Sequence record: CM120771.1
DNA length: 32,000 nt
Strand: one strand, 5' to 3'
Part shown: one piece after another, positions 23,701 to 32,000 of the stretch
How positions within the stretch are numbered: the stretch's first letter is position 1
Layout of the letters: each line of letters begins with the position of its first letter
Notes under the pieces: model-generated
Seen by the model: the letters and a program-made list of their open reading frames with translations, nothing else
Database searches by the model: none
What the model was told of the DNA's origin: nothing
Translations under genes and position numbers: made by a program

Positions 23701-24211
23701 AAAGAGATTAATCCATCAAGTCTTTAAAGAAATCAATTGCTTCTGGATAAAGACTAAAAGTTGAATTTGTATTTTTAGGAACTGTTCCTCCAAAACCTAA
23801 ATACCCACTTATTAGAACAAAATTAGCACCAAGCCATTTACGAGAGTAATATTGATAAACACCTTTAAAACTAAAATACTTCTTGCTCCTGTATCCTGTA
23901 AAAACTCATAAACAAGCACGAATACTCAAACTTTTCGCTTTAGTATACTTTACTTCTCGTTCAAAGATATCGGTTTCATTCTAGTTTGAAAGTAAGCATC
24001 TAGTTCTTGTATTTTAATTTAGAGTAATGAATGAGATAATGAAATTTTTTTATTTTTAGAAACTAGTTATAAATAGTTTTAACAAATTTTTTTTAAAAAA
24101 CAGTAAAAGAGTAATTAAACTTTTTCAGGAATACATTGCAAAGCATCTTGAAAATATTTATTTTTTTTTCCGTCTTTCCCATCGTGATCTATTAGAAACA
24201 TAATAACAATG
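23701..24211. repeat. Direct repeat copy A (511 bp), paralogous to 26581-27167
   Basis: I aligned the copies by hand. Both start with aaagagatta and end with (c/a)acaatg. The right-hand ~230 bp (from gtttgaaagta...) is roughly 90% identical. The left part is much more diverged. Confidence 0.85.
23708..23905 (-). pseudogene. Start-less 65-codon coding remnant inside repeat copy A (...GVYQYYSRKWLGANFVLISGYLGFGGTVPKNTNSTFSLYPEAIDFFKDLMD*)
   Basis: I translated it by hand. The frame is bounded upstream by TGA (23906-23908), and the only Met lies at the penultimate residue, so there is no usable initiator. The homologous stretch in copy B (...VAVYQYYGRK*IGAIFVIFTGDLGFGK) is similar at the amino-acid level but is interrupted by a stop where copy A has Trp. 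Confidence 0.4.
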
Positions 24212-24333
24212 ATTATTTTATTTCTGTACTTTAGATAAAAGATTGCTATCCTAATTGGATACTAAAAATGTGTAAAAATTTAATAAATGGAGATCTATTT
24301 TTTGAAAATTAAGTTATTATTTAAAAAAATTGC

Positions 24334-25704
24334 TTATAAAGCAAGAAACTGAATAAGTTTACTAACTTGATAAAAACTTATTTGGTTTAATGAATATATT
24401 GGAATATTTCTTTGCTTTGCTATATTAGTTAGCTTAAAGTTTTGTTTTAAATGTTTCTTTAATCCAATTATTACTTCTGCTTTTTGAATTTCATTTGTTA
24501 AAACAAATTTAAAATCCATTTTTACTAAAACTTCTTTTAATAAATTATTAGAAATTGAATAAGAATAAATAATCAATTTTTTTGATTTTAATTTCAATGT
24601 CTTTTCATCTTTTAACTGATTAATTGAGATCCAATTTTTATGAGTTAAGGCAAACGAATCGTTCAAATTGGGCGAAGTTTTTATTATTAAATTTTGAGTA
24701 TTTTGAAATCGTTTTGATTTAATTCGAACTTTTTCAACTAAAGAAAATTGTCGAACTTGACTAACTAGAAAATTTCCACGTAAAAAAGAGTCAACTGCAT
24801 TTTGTACTTCTTCATGAATTGTCCAGGAACTTTGTTGATTTATTTCAATAATAATTTCAAATGCTGGGTAGGCTTTCCGCTCTAATATACTTTTTTGTGT
24901 TCCACGGCGTTTTGCTTCATCATCACTTAATGTAACATATTGAATCCCACCAATTAAATCTGCTAAAGAAGGGTTTTTTATTAAATTTTCCAAGCAATTT
25001 CCATGTGTTGTACCAACTAATTGAACTCCTTTTTCAGCAATAGTCCTTGCAGCTAAAACTTCTAATTCTGTTCCAATTTCATCAATAATAATAACTTCGG
25101 GCATGTGATTTTCAACAGCTTCAATCATAACTTGATGTTGAAACTCTGTTTTTGCTACCTGCATTCGTCTTGCACGGCCAATACCAGAATGTGGAATATC
25201 ACTATCTCCTGCTATTTCATTAGAAGTATCAATAATTATAACACGTTTTTCCATTTCATCAGCTAATACTCGAGCAATTTCTCGAATAATTGTTGTTTTT
25301 CCAACTCCAGGTTTTCCTAATATTAAAATTGATTTTTCTGACTCAAGTAAATCACGTACAATTGAAATAGTACCAAAAATAGCCCTACCTACTCGACAAG
25401 TTAATCCATTAATTAAAAATTGACGATTCCTAATACAACTGATACGGTGAAGTGTTCTTTCAATTCCCGCTCGATTTTCATTACTAAATTTACTGACGCG
25501 TTTTGTCATATATTCAATATCTTGCCAAGAAATTAGTTTTTGTGACAGGTATTCAGGACCACTAATAAAACGAGCCTCTGGTCGTCGTCCAAGATCTAAA
25601 ACAATTTCAATCAGTTGATTTTTCAAGCTATGTCGACTTAACTGCTCTTGTAAGAAAAAAGGTAAATTTTCAATTAGTTTCTCTAAATCATTATTAATAG
25701 TCAT
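24334..25704 (-). CDS. ycf45: Ycf45 (AAA+/SpoIIIAA-like ATPase conserved in cyanobacteria and red-lineage plastids)
   Basis: The 456-aa ORF has Walker [10 protein letters not shown], Walker [10 protein letters not shown], and the conserved blocks [21 protein letters not shown] and [10 protein letters not shown]. Confidence 0.88.
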   Translation of the reverse strand: MTINNDLEKLIENLPFFLQEQLSRHSLKNQLIEIVLDLGRRPEARFISGPEYLSQKLISWQDIEYMTKRVSKFSNENRAGIERTLHRISCIRNRQFLINGLTCRVGRAIFGTISIVRDLLESEKSILILGKPGVGKTTIIREIARVLADEMEKRVIIIDTSNEIAGDSDIPHSGIGRARRMQVAKTEFQHQVMIEAVENHMPEVIIIDEIGTELEVLAARTIAEKGVQLVGTTHGNCLENLIKNPSLADLIGGIQYVTLSDDEAKRRGTQKSILERKAYPAFEIIIEINQQSSWTIHEEVQNAVDSFLRGNFLVSQVRQFSLVEKVRIKSKRFQNTQNLIIKTSPNLNDSFALTHKNWISINQLKDEKTLKLKSKKLIIYSYSISNNLLKEVLVKMDFKFVLTNEIQKAEVIIGLKKHLKQNFKLTNIAKQRNIPIYSLNQISFYQVSKLIQFLAL

Positions 25705-25780
25705 TGGATAGAATTTTTTTCTAATTTTTTAATTTAGATTATAAGTTACATCTAAATATAATCTAAATCAGAATCAAATT

Positions 25781-26125
25781 TTAATGAGAAGATTCAACTA
25801 ATGATTTAAACGTTGATGAATCTATAATTGCAATTTGTGATAACATTTTACGATTAATATCAATATTTGATTTTTTTAATTGATGAATTAATTGACTATA
25901 CGAAAGCCCATTTAATCTTGACGCTGCATTAATTCGACTAATCCAAATTCTTCTAAAAATTCGTTTTTTTTGTTTTCTTCCAATGTATGAATATCGCAAA
26001 GCTTTCATGACTTGCTGATTCGCAATACGGAATAATACAGAGTGTGATCCTCTATACCCACTGGCAAGCGATAAGATTTTTTTTCGTCGCTTACGCGCTA
26101 CATTTCCTCGTTTAACTCTAACCAT
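25781..26125 (-). CDS. rpl20: Ribosomal protein L20
   Basis: The 114-aa ORF begins [23 protein letters not shown] and contains [16 protein letters not shown], the L20 signature. Confidence 0.95.
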   Translation of the reverse strand: MVRVKRGNVARKRRKKILSLASGYRGSHSVLFRIANQQVMKALRYSYIGRKQKKRIFRRIWISRINAASRLNGLSYSQLIHQLKKSNIDINRKMLSQIAIIDSSTFKSLVESSH

Positions 26126-26150
26126 TTTGTATTTTTATTAATTGTTTTAT

Positions 26151-26345
26151 TTAGTAAGGTAACATTAATTGAATAGGTTTCATATCACTTAGATTAACAC
26201 ATAATCGTTGAGAAAGTTTTCGCTTTTGTCGATTTGATTTTTTCATTAAAAGATGTCCTTTAAATGCGTGACGATGCATAAAATTATTGTTACCAGTAAT
26301 TTTATATCTTTTTGAAGCTGCCTTTCGAGTCTTTAATTTTGGCAT
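26151..26345 (-). CDS. rpl35: Ribosomal protein L35
   Basis: The 64-aa ORF reads MPKLKTRKAASKRYKITGNN.FMHRHAFKGHLLMKKS, the L35 signature. It lies immediately upstream of rpl20, as in bacterial rpmI-rplT. Confidence 0.93.
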   Translation of the reverse strand: MPKLKTRKAASKRYKITGNNNFMHRHAFKGHLLMKKSNRQKRKLSQRLCVNLSDMKPIQLMLPY

Positions 26346-26580
26346 AAATTTTTAACTTTTCTTATGAAAATATAGTATTTTGAAATAAATTTTTGATTTT
26401 AACGTATGTGAGTCTAAAATTTCCTTTCCAGCTTTTCAATCTTAGGTTTAAATATAATTTAATAAGTATTTTCTTTAAAAAGCTACTCTAATTGGAAAAG
26501 CTAAAGTCATTCACATAATAAACTATTAATCGTATAGTATTAAATTAAACTTTTTTTGTCAATAACAAAGACACTTGTTT

Positions 26581-27167
26581 AAAGAGATTAGTATATTATG
26601 TCTTAAAAGAAATTACTTTTCTCTGTATAAAGACTAAAAACTGAATTTGTCTTTTTAGAAATGTGTTGTCTAAAAACAGCAAATTCAAAAGCAATAAGTG
26701 GAAACCCTGTAGCTGTTTCCTAGAGTCTATTATAATTGTACAATTATTAATATTTTCTTGACATTGGTAAGAAATAGAATTTTTCCAAAACCTAAATCCC
26801 CAGTAAATATAACAAAAATAGCACCAATTTATTTACGACCATAATATTGATAAACAGCTACTGATATACTTCTTCCTCCTCTGACAATTCCCAAACAAGC
26901 ACAAACACCCAAACAAAGTGTAGTGATATCGATCTCTTTACAGTTTGAAAGTAGGAATCTAGTTCTTGTGTTATACTTTAGAGTAATGAATGAGATAATG
27001 AAATTTTTTTATTTTTAGAAACTAGTTCTGAATAGTTTCACAATTTTTTTTTAAAAACATTAAAAGATTAATTAAACTTTTTCAGAAATACATTTCAAAG
27101 CATCTTGAAAATGTTTATTTTTTTTCTGTTCTTTCCATCCTGATTTGTTAAAAACATAATCACAATG
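26581..27167. repeat. Direct repeat copy B (587 bp), paralogous to 23701-24211. It carries about 115 nt (approx 26661-26775) that copy A lacks.
   Basis: I aligned it by hand (see copy A). It has the same orientation as copy A and lies on the other side of ycf45-rpl20-rpl35. Confidence 0.85.
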
Positions 27168-27444
27168 CTAAATAGAAAGCTTATCATTTTTGAATAAAAG
27201 TAACTTCACTAAAATCTGCATCTTTATAATTTTTAACTACCCAATAGGCTAACGTTTTCATATATAAAGACAAAATATCTAATTAAAGATCATATGTCGA
27301 GGCTTGATACCATTGTGATTCCATCTTTTATTTATATTTGTGATCTTGACTAGTTTTAAAGTAAGAAAATAAAATATTTATTGGTTAAAATTTTTTACGA
27401 AAAGACTTTAACATTTTAACTGATTTATGTTACTATTAAAGTAA

Positions 27445-27516
27445 GGGTTGCTAACTCAATGGTAGAGTACTCGGCTTTTAACCGAATAGTTCTGGGTTCG
27501 AGTCCCAGGTAACCCA
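27445..27516 (+). tRNA. trnK: tRNA-Lys (anticodon UUU)
   Basis: I folded the cloverleaf by hand. The acceptor is GGGTTGC/GTAACCC, the D arm ACTC-AATGGTA-GAGT, the anticodon loop CTTTTAA, and the T arm CTGGG-TTCGAGT-CCCAG. Length is 72 nt with no encoded CCA. Confidence 0.9.
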
Positions 27517-27648
27517 ATTGGGCTCAAACTAGATAAAATTAAAAAATCAAAAAATTATTTGAGGTAAATAGAAAATTTAAATCGTAATAAATTATTTTTA
27601 ACAATAATTTATATTAAAAAAAGACGAAGTATGGTATTGCTATTTTAA

Positions 27649-27680
27649 TTTTTTACCTAACAAAAAACGTTAGGTAAAAA
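27649..27680 (-). terminator. 12-bp stem-loop (tttttacctaac / gttaggtaaaaa) located 19 nt downstream of the psbC stop
   Basis: I paired it by hand. Confidence 0.55.
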
Positions 27681-27698
27681 TTATTGATTATTAGTTTA

Positions 27699-29114
27699 TT
27701 AGTCAATAGGACGCATTGATAATACAGGTTCATTAGCACGGTTGATACCTTTTTCGAAACCAGCAGCAGCAGCTCGAGCACGACCTGAGTGCCACCAGTG
27801 ACCTACTAAGAAGAAGAAGCCTAAGAAGAAATGAGAACAACATAACCAAGAACGTGGTGATACATAGTTAACTGAGTTAATTTCTGTAGCAACCCCACCT
27901 ACTGAGTTAAGTGAACCTAAAGGAGCGTGTGTCATGTATTCTGCCGCACGACGTTCTTGCCAAGGCTGAATATCATTTTTAATTTTGTTAATATCTAAGC
28001 CGTTTGGACCACGTAATGGTTCAACCCATGGTGCACGTAAATCCCAAAAACGCATTGTTTCACCACCAAAAATGATTTCACCACTTGGTGAACGCATTAA
28101 ATATTTACCTAAGCCAGTTGGACCTTGTGCAGATGAAACATTTGCACCTAAACGTTGATCTCGAACTAAGAATGTAAATGCTTGTGCTTGTGATGCTTCT
28201 GGACCAGTTGGACCATATAATTCACTAGGATAAGCTGTATTATTATACCATGCATATAATGCAGCTGTTATACCCATAAGTGAAATTGCTGCTAAACTAT
28301 ATGATAAATATGCTTCACCTGACCAAACAAATGCACGTCGGGCCCAAGCAAATGGTTTTGTGAAGATATGCCAGAAACCACCGATGATACATAATACACC
28401 AATCCATACATGACCACCAACAATATCTTCCATGTTATTTACTGATACAATCCAGCCGTCTCCACCAAATGGTGAACGGAATACGTAACCAAAGATTACA
28501 ATTGGGTTTAAAGTAGGAGTTGTAATTAAACGAACATCCCCACCACCTGGAGCCCATGTATCATAAACACCACCAAGATACATTGCTTTAGCAACAAATA
28601 ATAACGAACCAGCACCTAATAAAATTAAGTGAATTCCTAAAATTGTTGTCATTTTGTTTTTATCACGCCAGTCATAACCAAAGAATGGGAATGATTCTTC
28701 TAATGTGTCTGGCCCTAATAAAGAGTGATAAATTCCACCAAAACCTAATACAGCTGATGAAATTAAATGAATTACACCAACAGCAAAATATGGTACTGTT
28801 GAAGTAATTTCACCACCTGGTCCAATACCATAACCTAATGATGCTAAATGTTGCATACAAATGAAACCTTGCTCATATAAAGGTTTTTCTGGAACGAAAT
28901 GTGATACTTCAAATAAAATCATTGCACCAGCCCAAAATACCATTAAGCCAGCATGTGCTACGTGAGCACCTAATAATTTACCTGAAACATTTATTAAACG
29001 AGCATTTCCACTCCACCAAGCAAAACCTGTAGACTCGATGTCGCGACCTGCTATACTACTATTAAAGGGCGTTTCCACGTGGTAATACCTCCTCAGGGAA
29101 TACAAAGTTTTCAT
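27699..29114 (-). CDS. psbC: Photosystem II CP43 apoprotein
   Basis: The 471-aa ORF reads [65 protein letters not shown]... The ATG lies inside the psbD 3' end, giving a 53-nt overlap. The in-frame GTG (VETPFN) 12 codons downstream is the alternative start often used in annotations. Confidence 0.96.
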   Translation of the reverse strand: MKTLYSLRRYYHVETPFNSSIAGRDIESTGFAWWSGNARLINVSGKLLGAHVAHAGLMVFWAGAMILFEVSHFVPEKPLYEQGFICMQHLASLGYGIGPGGEITSTVPYFAVGVIHLISSAVLGFGGIYHSLLGPDTLEESFPFFGYDWRDKNKMTTILGIHLILLGAGSLLFVAKAMYLGGVYDTWAPGGGDVRLITTPTLNPIVIFGYVFRSPFGGDGWIVSVNNMEDIVGGHVWIGVLCIIGGFWHIFTKPFAWARRAFVWSGEAYLSYSLAAISLMGITAALYAWYNNTAYPSELYGPTGPEASQAQAFTFLVRDQRLGANVSSAQGPTGLGKYLMRSPSGEIIFGGETMRFWDLRAPWVEPLRGPNGLDINKIKNDIQPWQERRAAEYMTHAPLGSLNSVGGVATEINSVNYVSPRSWLCCSHFFLGFFFLVGHWWHSGRARAAAAGFEKGINRANEPVLSMRPID

Positions 29115-30117
29115 GTGGTTGATCTTGCGCAGCCATCCAAGCGCGAATACCTTCGTTTAATAAGATATTCTTTGTGTAGAATGTTTCAAATTCTGGATCT
29201 TCAGCAGCACGTAACTCTTGTGATACGAAATCATATGCACGTAAGTTTAATGCTAAACCAACAATACCAATAGCACTTGTCCATAAACCTACAACTGGAA
29301 CAAATAACATAAAGAAGTGTAACCAACGTTTGTTTGAGAACGCTACACCAAAAATTTGTGACCAGAAACGGTTAGCAGTAACCATTGAATAAGTTTCTTC
29401 AGATTGTGTTGGTGTAAATGCTCGGAATGTATTCGCCGCATCACCATCTTCGAATAATGTGTTTTCTACAGTTGCACCGTGAATTGCACAAAGTAAAGCA
29501 CCACCTAAAATACCAGCTACACCCATCATATGGAATGGATTTAATGTCCAGTTATGGAAACCTTGTAAAAATAATAAGAAGCGGAAAATTGCAGCTACAC
29601 CAAAACTTGGAGCGAAGAACCAACTTGCTTGCCCTAATGGGTATAATAAGAATACTGATACAAAGATTGAAATTGGACCTGAGAATGCAATTGCATTATA
29701 TGGACGAATACCTACTAAACGTGCAATTTCAAATTGACGTAAACAGAATCCGATTAAACCAAATGAACCATGTAAAGCAACAAATGTCCAAAGACCACCA
29801 ATTTGACACCAACGTGTAAAATCTCCTTGTGCTTCTGGACCCCATAATAATAATAATGAGTGACCCATACTGTTAGCAGGTGATGAAACCGCTGCTGTTA
29901 AGAAATTACAACCTTCTAAGTATGAACTTGCTAAACCATGAGTATACCATGATGTAACAAAAGTTGTACCTGTTAACCAACCACCTGTAGCTAAGTAAGC
30001 AGTTGGAAATAATAATAAACCTGACCAACCAACGAAAACAAATCGATCTTTCTTTAACCAGTCATCTACAAGATCAAAAATGCCACGTTCTTGGTTTTGC
30101 CCAATAGCAATGGTCAT
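29062..30117 (-). CDS. psbD: Photosystem II D2 protein
   Basis: The 351-aa ORF reads [38 protein letters not shown] ... [12 protein letters not shown], the canonical D2 sequence. Confidence 0.98.
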   Translation of the reverse strand: MTIAIGQNQERGIFDLVDDWLKKDRFVFVGWSGLLLFPTAYLATGGWLTGTTFVTSWYTHGLASSYLEGCNFLTAAVSSPANSMGHSLLLLWGPEAQGDFTRWCQIGGLWTFVALHGSFGLIGFCLRQFEIARLVGIRPYNAIAFSGPISIFVSVFLLYPLGQASWFFAPSFGVAAIFRFLLFLQGFHNWTLNPFHMMGVAGILGGALLCAIHGATVENTLFEDGDAANTFRAFTPTQSEETYSMVTANRFWSQIFGVAFSNKRWLHFFMLFVPVVGLWTSAIGIVGLALNLRAYDFVSQELRAAEDPEFETFYTKNILLNEGIRAWMAAQDQPHENFVFPEEVLPRGNAL

Positions 30118-30251
30118 ATTTTAATAATCCTTTACTTAAATTAAATTAATGAGTAAACGTTTAAAAAATTTTTACTCTAGTCTTATCAGCTTCTAAATAT
30201 AATTATACGTTAACTGAAAAAAAATTAGTTAAACTATTAAAAATTATTACT

Positions 30252-30300
30252 ATATACTTTCTTAGATTTCAATTTCAAATTTGAATCTAAGAAAGTATAT
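30252..30300 (-). terminator. 17-bp perfect stem-loop immediately downstream of the psaI stop and upstream of psbD
   Basis: I paired it by hand: 30252-30268 with 30284-30300. Confidence 0.55.
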
Positions 30301-30304
30301 TTCT

Positions 30305-30415
30305 TTAATTAACATCATCAATTGATACATAAATGAAAAATAATGCCATGCTTAAAGCTGGAAAAACTAAACCAACAATAGGAACTAAAATTGAAGGTAA
30401 AAATGCTGCTGCCAT
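30305..30415 (-). CDS. psaI: Photosystem I subunit VIII
   Basis: I translated the 36-aa ORF MAAAFLPSILVPIVGLVFPALSMALFFIYVSIDDVN by hand. It matches the conserved PsaI pattern (..LPSILVP.VGL.FP...MA..F.Y...D). It is below the ORF-track cutoff. Confidence 0.85.
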   Translation of the reverse strand: MAAAFLPSILVPIVGLVFPALSMALFFIYVSIDDVN

Positions 30416-30572
30416 AGTTTATTCTAAAATCTTTAATTAATAGTTATCAATAATATTCATTGTATATAAAAAACTATTGGAATGAAAAATTAATATAAAT
30501 AAAAAATTTAATGAGTTTTATACTAAAATTAATAGTATCAATCTTAGAAACCTTATATAAATATACTTATTT

Positions 30573-30707
30573 ATGGAGACTTTATTATTATCTCGTTTAC
30601 CAGAAGCATATGTAGTTTTTAGTCCAATTGTAGATGTATTACCAGTTATTCCTGTTTTCTTCTTATTGCTAGCATTTGTATGGCAAGCTGCAATTGGATT
30701 TAGATAA
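30573..30707 (+). CDS. psbK: Photosystem II protein K (precursor)
   Basis: I translated the 44-aa [47 protein letters not shown] by hand. It shows the canonical PsbK C-terminal sequence. Confidence 0.92.
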   Translation: METLLLSRLPEAYVVFSPIVDVLPVIPVFFLLLAFVWQAAIGFR

Positions 30708-30714
30708 TTTTAAG

Positions 30715-30743
30715 TTTATAATTGCGACTTACTATGGTATAAT
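30715..30743 (+). promoter_or_regulatory. Candidate sigma70-type promoter for petG: TTTATA, 17-nt spacer, TATAAT, with an extended -10 TGg
   Basis: The -35-like TTTATA is at 30715-30720, TGG at 30735-37 and TATAAT at 30738-30743, which is 45 nt upstream of the petG ATG. This rests on a motif match only, and AT-rich DNA gives many near-matches. Confidence 0.3.
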
Positions 30744-30787
30744 GATATACAAAATAGTATTCACATTTAAATAAAAAATAACAATAA

Positions 30788-30901
30788 ATGGTAGAACCTT
30801 TATTATCAGGTATCGTTTTAGGACTGGTTACTGTAACTGCAATTGGTCTTTTTGTTGCAGCATTCTTACAGTATCGTCGTGGAAACCAATTTGAAATTTA
30901 A
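30788..30901 (+). CDS. petG: Cytochrome b6f complex subunit V
   Basis: I translated the 37-aa [40 protein letters not shown] by hand. It has the canonical PetG N-terminus. Confidence 0.92.
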   Translation: MVEPLLSGIVLGLVTVTAIGLFVAAFLQYRRGNQFEI

Positions 30902-30913
30902 ATTTATGTTTTA

Positions 30914-30946
30914 AAAGTATCATATTAATATTTAATATGATACTTT
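30914..30946 (+). terminator. 15-bp perfect stem-loop (aaagtatcatattaa / ttaatatgatacttt) located 12 nt after the petG stop
   Basis: I paired it by hand. The loop is 3 nt. Confidence 0.6.
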
Positions 30947-31073
30947 CTCTTTTTTAATTAATCTTTTAAAATTTAGTAAATATTTAAATATTCTACTGTC
31001 GTATTGACTAATTTTAATAATTTATGTAGAATATATTTCAGTTAAATAGTTGTGAATTTTTATCTAGTTAAAT

Positions 31074-31145
31074 GCTGGTGTAGCTCAATGGTAGAGCAAC
31101 GGATTTGTAATCCGTAGGTTGGGGGTTCAAGTCCCTTCACCAGCT
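31074..31145 (+). tRNA. trnT: tRNA-Thr (anticodon UGU)
   Basis: Cloverleaf folded by hand. The acceptor is GCTGGTG/CACCAGC, the D arm GCTC-AATGGTA-GAGC, the anticodon stem ACGGA/TCCGT with loop TTTGTAA, and the T loop TTCAAGT. Length is 72 nt. Confidence 0.9.
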
Positions 31146-31271
31146 TTTATTTAAGTTTTTTTATATTTCTTTTTAAGACTTGAAATTCAAAAATTTTTCA
31201 ATAATCTAAATTTTTCAGAAAACTATGTTTATTATTTTCTTTAGAAATACTCTATACTATTTCTAAATTTA

Positions 31272-31344
31272 TAGGCCCAGTAGGAATCGAACCTACATTG
31301 GAAACTTAGAAGGTTTCTGTCCTAATCCGTTAGACGATAGGCCC
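31272..31344 (-). tRNA. trnR: tRNA-Arg (anticodon UCU)
   Basis: The minus-strand cloverleaf reads GGGCCTA-TC-GTCT-AACGGATTA-GGAC-A-GAAAC-CTTCTAA-GTTTC-CAAT-GTAGG-TTCGATT-CCTAC-TGGGCCT-A. The acceptor has two G:U pairs. Length is 73 nt. Confidence 0.85.
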
Positions 31345-31355
31345 TCATTTTACTA

Positions 31356-31427
31356 TGGGCAATATAGGATTTGAACCTATGACCTTCTGCTTGTAAGGCA
31401 GACACTCTACCGCTGAGTTAATTGCCC
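31356..31427 (-). tRNA. trnV: tRNA-Val (anticodon UAC)
   Basis: The minus-strand cloverleaf reads GGGCAAT-TA-ACTC-AGCGGTA-GAGT-G-TCTGC-CTTACAA-GCAGA-AGGTC-ATAGG-TTCAAAT-CCTAT-ATTGCCC-A. Length is 72 nt. Confidence 0.88.
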
Positions 31428-31497
31428 ATTAATTAAAACCTCTCTTTACTTAATTAAAAGAATACACTTCTATTGTAGCAAAAACTAAAATTAACGT

Positions 31498-31541
31498 CAA
31501 GATTAGAATTGTTGAAATCTTTTTAAACAATTCTAATCTTG
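31498..31541. repeat. 16-bp perfect inverted repeat (caagattagaattgtt / aacaattctaatcttg) with a 12-nt loop, between trnV and trnY
   Basis: I paired it by hand. It is not located at the 3' end of any CDS. Confidence 0.5.
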
Positions 31542-31581
31542 TTTTTTAATGTTATCTATGTTACTATACCCTTTATATAAA

Positions 31582-31663
31582 GGGTCGGTGCCCGAGTGGT
31601 TAAAGGGGGCGGATTGTAAATCCGCTGCGTTTCGCTACGTTGGTTCGAATCCAACTCGGCCCA
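31582..31663 (+). tRNA. trnY: tRNA-Tyr (anticodon GUA), class II with a long variable arm
   Basis: The acceptor is GGGTCGG/TCGGCCC (two wobble pairs), the D arm CCCG-AGTGGTTAA-AGGG, the anticodon stem GCGGA/TCCGC with loop TTGTAAA, and the T arm GTTGG-TTCGAAT-CCAAC, with a long variable arm. Length is 82 nt. Confidence 0.88.
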
Positions 31664-31685
31664 ATTTCAGTAATTAATTAAAGTT

Positions 31686-31901
31686 TTAATAAGTTTTAAG
31701 ATTAGTTTCCAAACCACTCATACTTAATAAGATAAAATATAATGTGCTAATAATTATTAAAAAAATAATTGGAATAATAAAACGAAATTTTTTAATTTTG
31801 AATAAATTTCGAATGGGTGTTATTATAACTAGAATTAAACCAATTAAACTACTAATAAAAAATCTTGGGTACCGAGATACATTAGACCAAAAATCATTCA
31901 T
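31686..31901 (-). CDS. ycf33: Conserved plastid membrane protein Ycf33
   Basis: The 71-aa ORF begins MNDFWSNVSRYPRFFISSLIGLILVIITP, matching the conserved Ycf33 N-terminus as I recall it. It has two hydrophobic helices, an ATG start and a TAA stop. Confidence 0.8.
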   Translation of the reverse strand: MNDFWSNVSRYPRFFISSLIGLILVIITPIRNLFKIKKFRFIIPIIFLIIISTLYFILLSMSGLETNLKTY

Positions 31902-32000
31902 ATAAAAATTTTACTCTTATTTATCTACTAGAATTATAACTAACTTTTCCTAATTTATTTGATTATCATAAATTAATATTATATTAATCATAATTTATGA

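Noticed and set aside
27181-27270. 25-codon minus-strand ORF (MKTLAYWVVKNYKDADFSEVTFIQK*) adjacent to repeat copy B
   Set aside because: It is short, has no SD box and has no counterpart next to copy A. It could be another remnant, but the evidence is too thin to call.
29079-29819. Plus-strand ORFs 29079-29273 and 29418-29819
   Set aside because: They are antisense inside psbD and psbC. Both host genes are among the most conserved proteins known.

Overview
This window is a contiguous piece of a very AT-rich plastid genome of the red-algal lineage. The form ID rbcL/rbcS pair, the rbcL C-terminus (...[14 protein letters not shown]...) and the presence of plastid-encoded ycf33, ycf45, sufB/sufC, atpD and atpG point to a diatom or other ochrophyte. 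About 85% of the window is ordinary conserved plastid content:
- rpoC2-rpoC1-rpoB and rps20 (minus strand)
- rpl33-rps18-ycf3
- rbcL-rbcS (minus strand)
- sufB-sufC
- atpI-H-G-F-D-A
- ycf45-rpl20-rpl35 (minus strand)
- psbD-psbC (minus strand, overlapping)
- psaI, psbK, petG, ycf33
- five tRNAs (Lys-UUU, Thr-UGU, Arg-UCU, Val-UAC, Tyr-GUA)

Nearly all conserved genes stop with TAA. Several have AAGGAG Shine-Dalgarno boxes, and many are followed by long AT-rich stem-loops. I see no rRNA genes, CRISPR arrays, intact mobile elements or bacterial-type defence or secretion systems.

The non-standard content sits in four accessory spacers:
1. 141-1013, downstream of rpoC2, holds two unassignable ORFs. 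One has a motif layout that by eye resembles a degenerate HUH/Rep endonuclease domain.
2. 13097-14198, between ycf3 and rbcS, holds a coiled-coil ORF that appears split by a frameshift.
3. 23202-24333 and
4. 26346-27444 each carry one copy of a diverged 0.5-0.6 kb direct repeat. The copies bracket ycf45-rpl20-rpl35 and contain decayed paralogous coding remnants.

These islands look like decaying foreign or plasmid-like insertions and rearrangement scars, not a functioning novel system. All functional calls come from reading the translated ORFs and known family signatures. No database search was possible.
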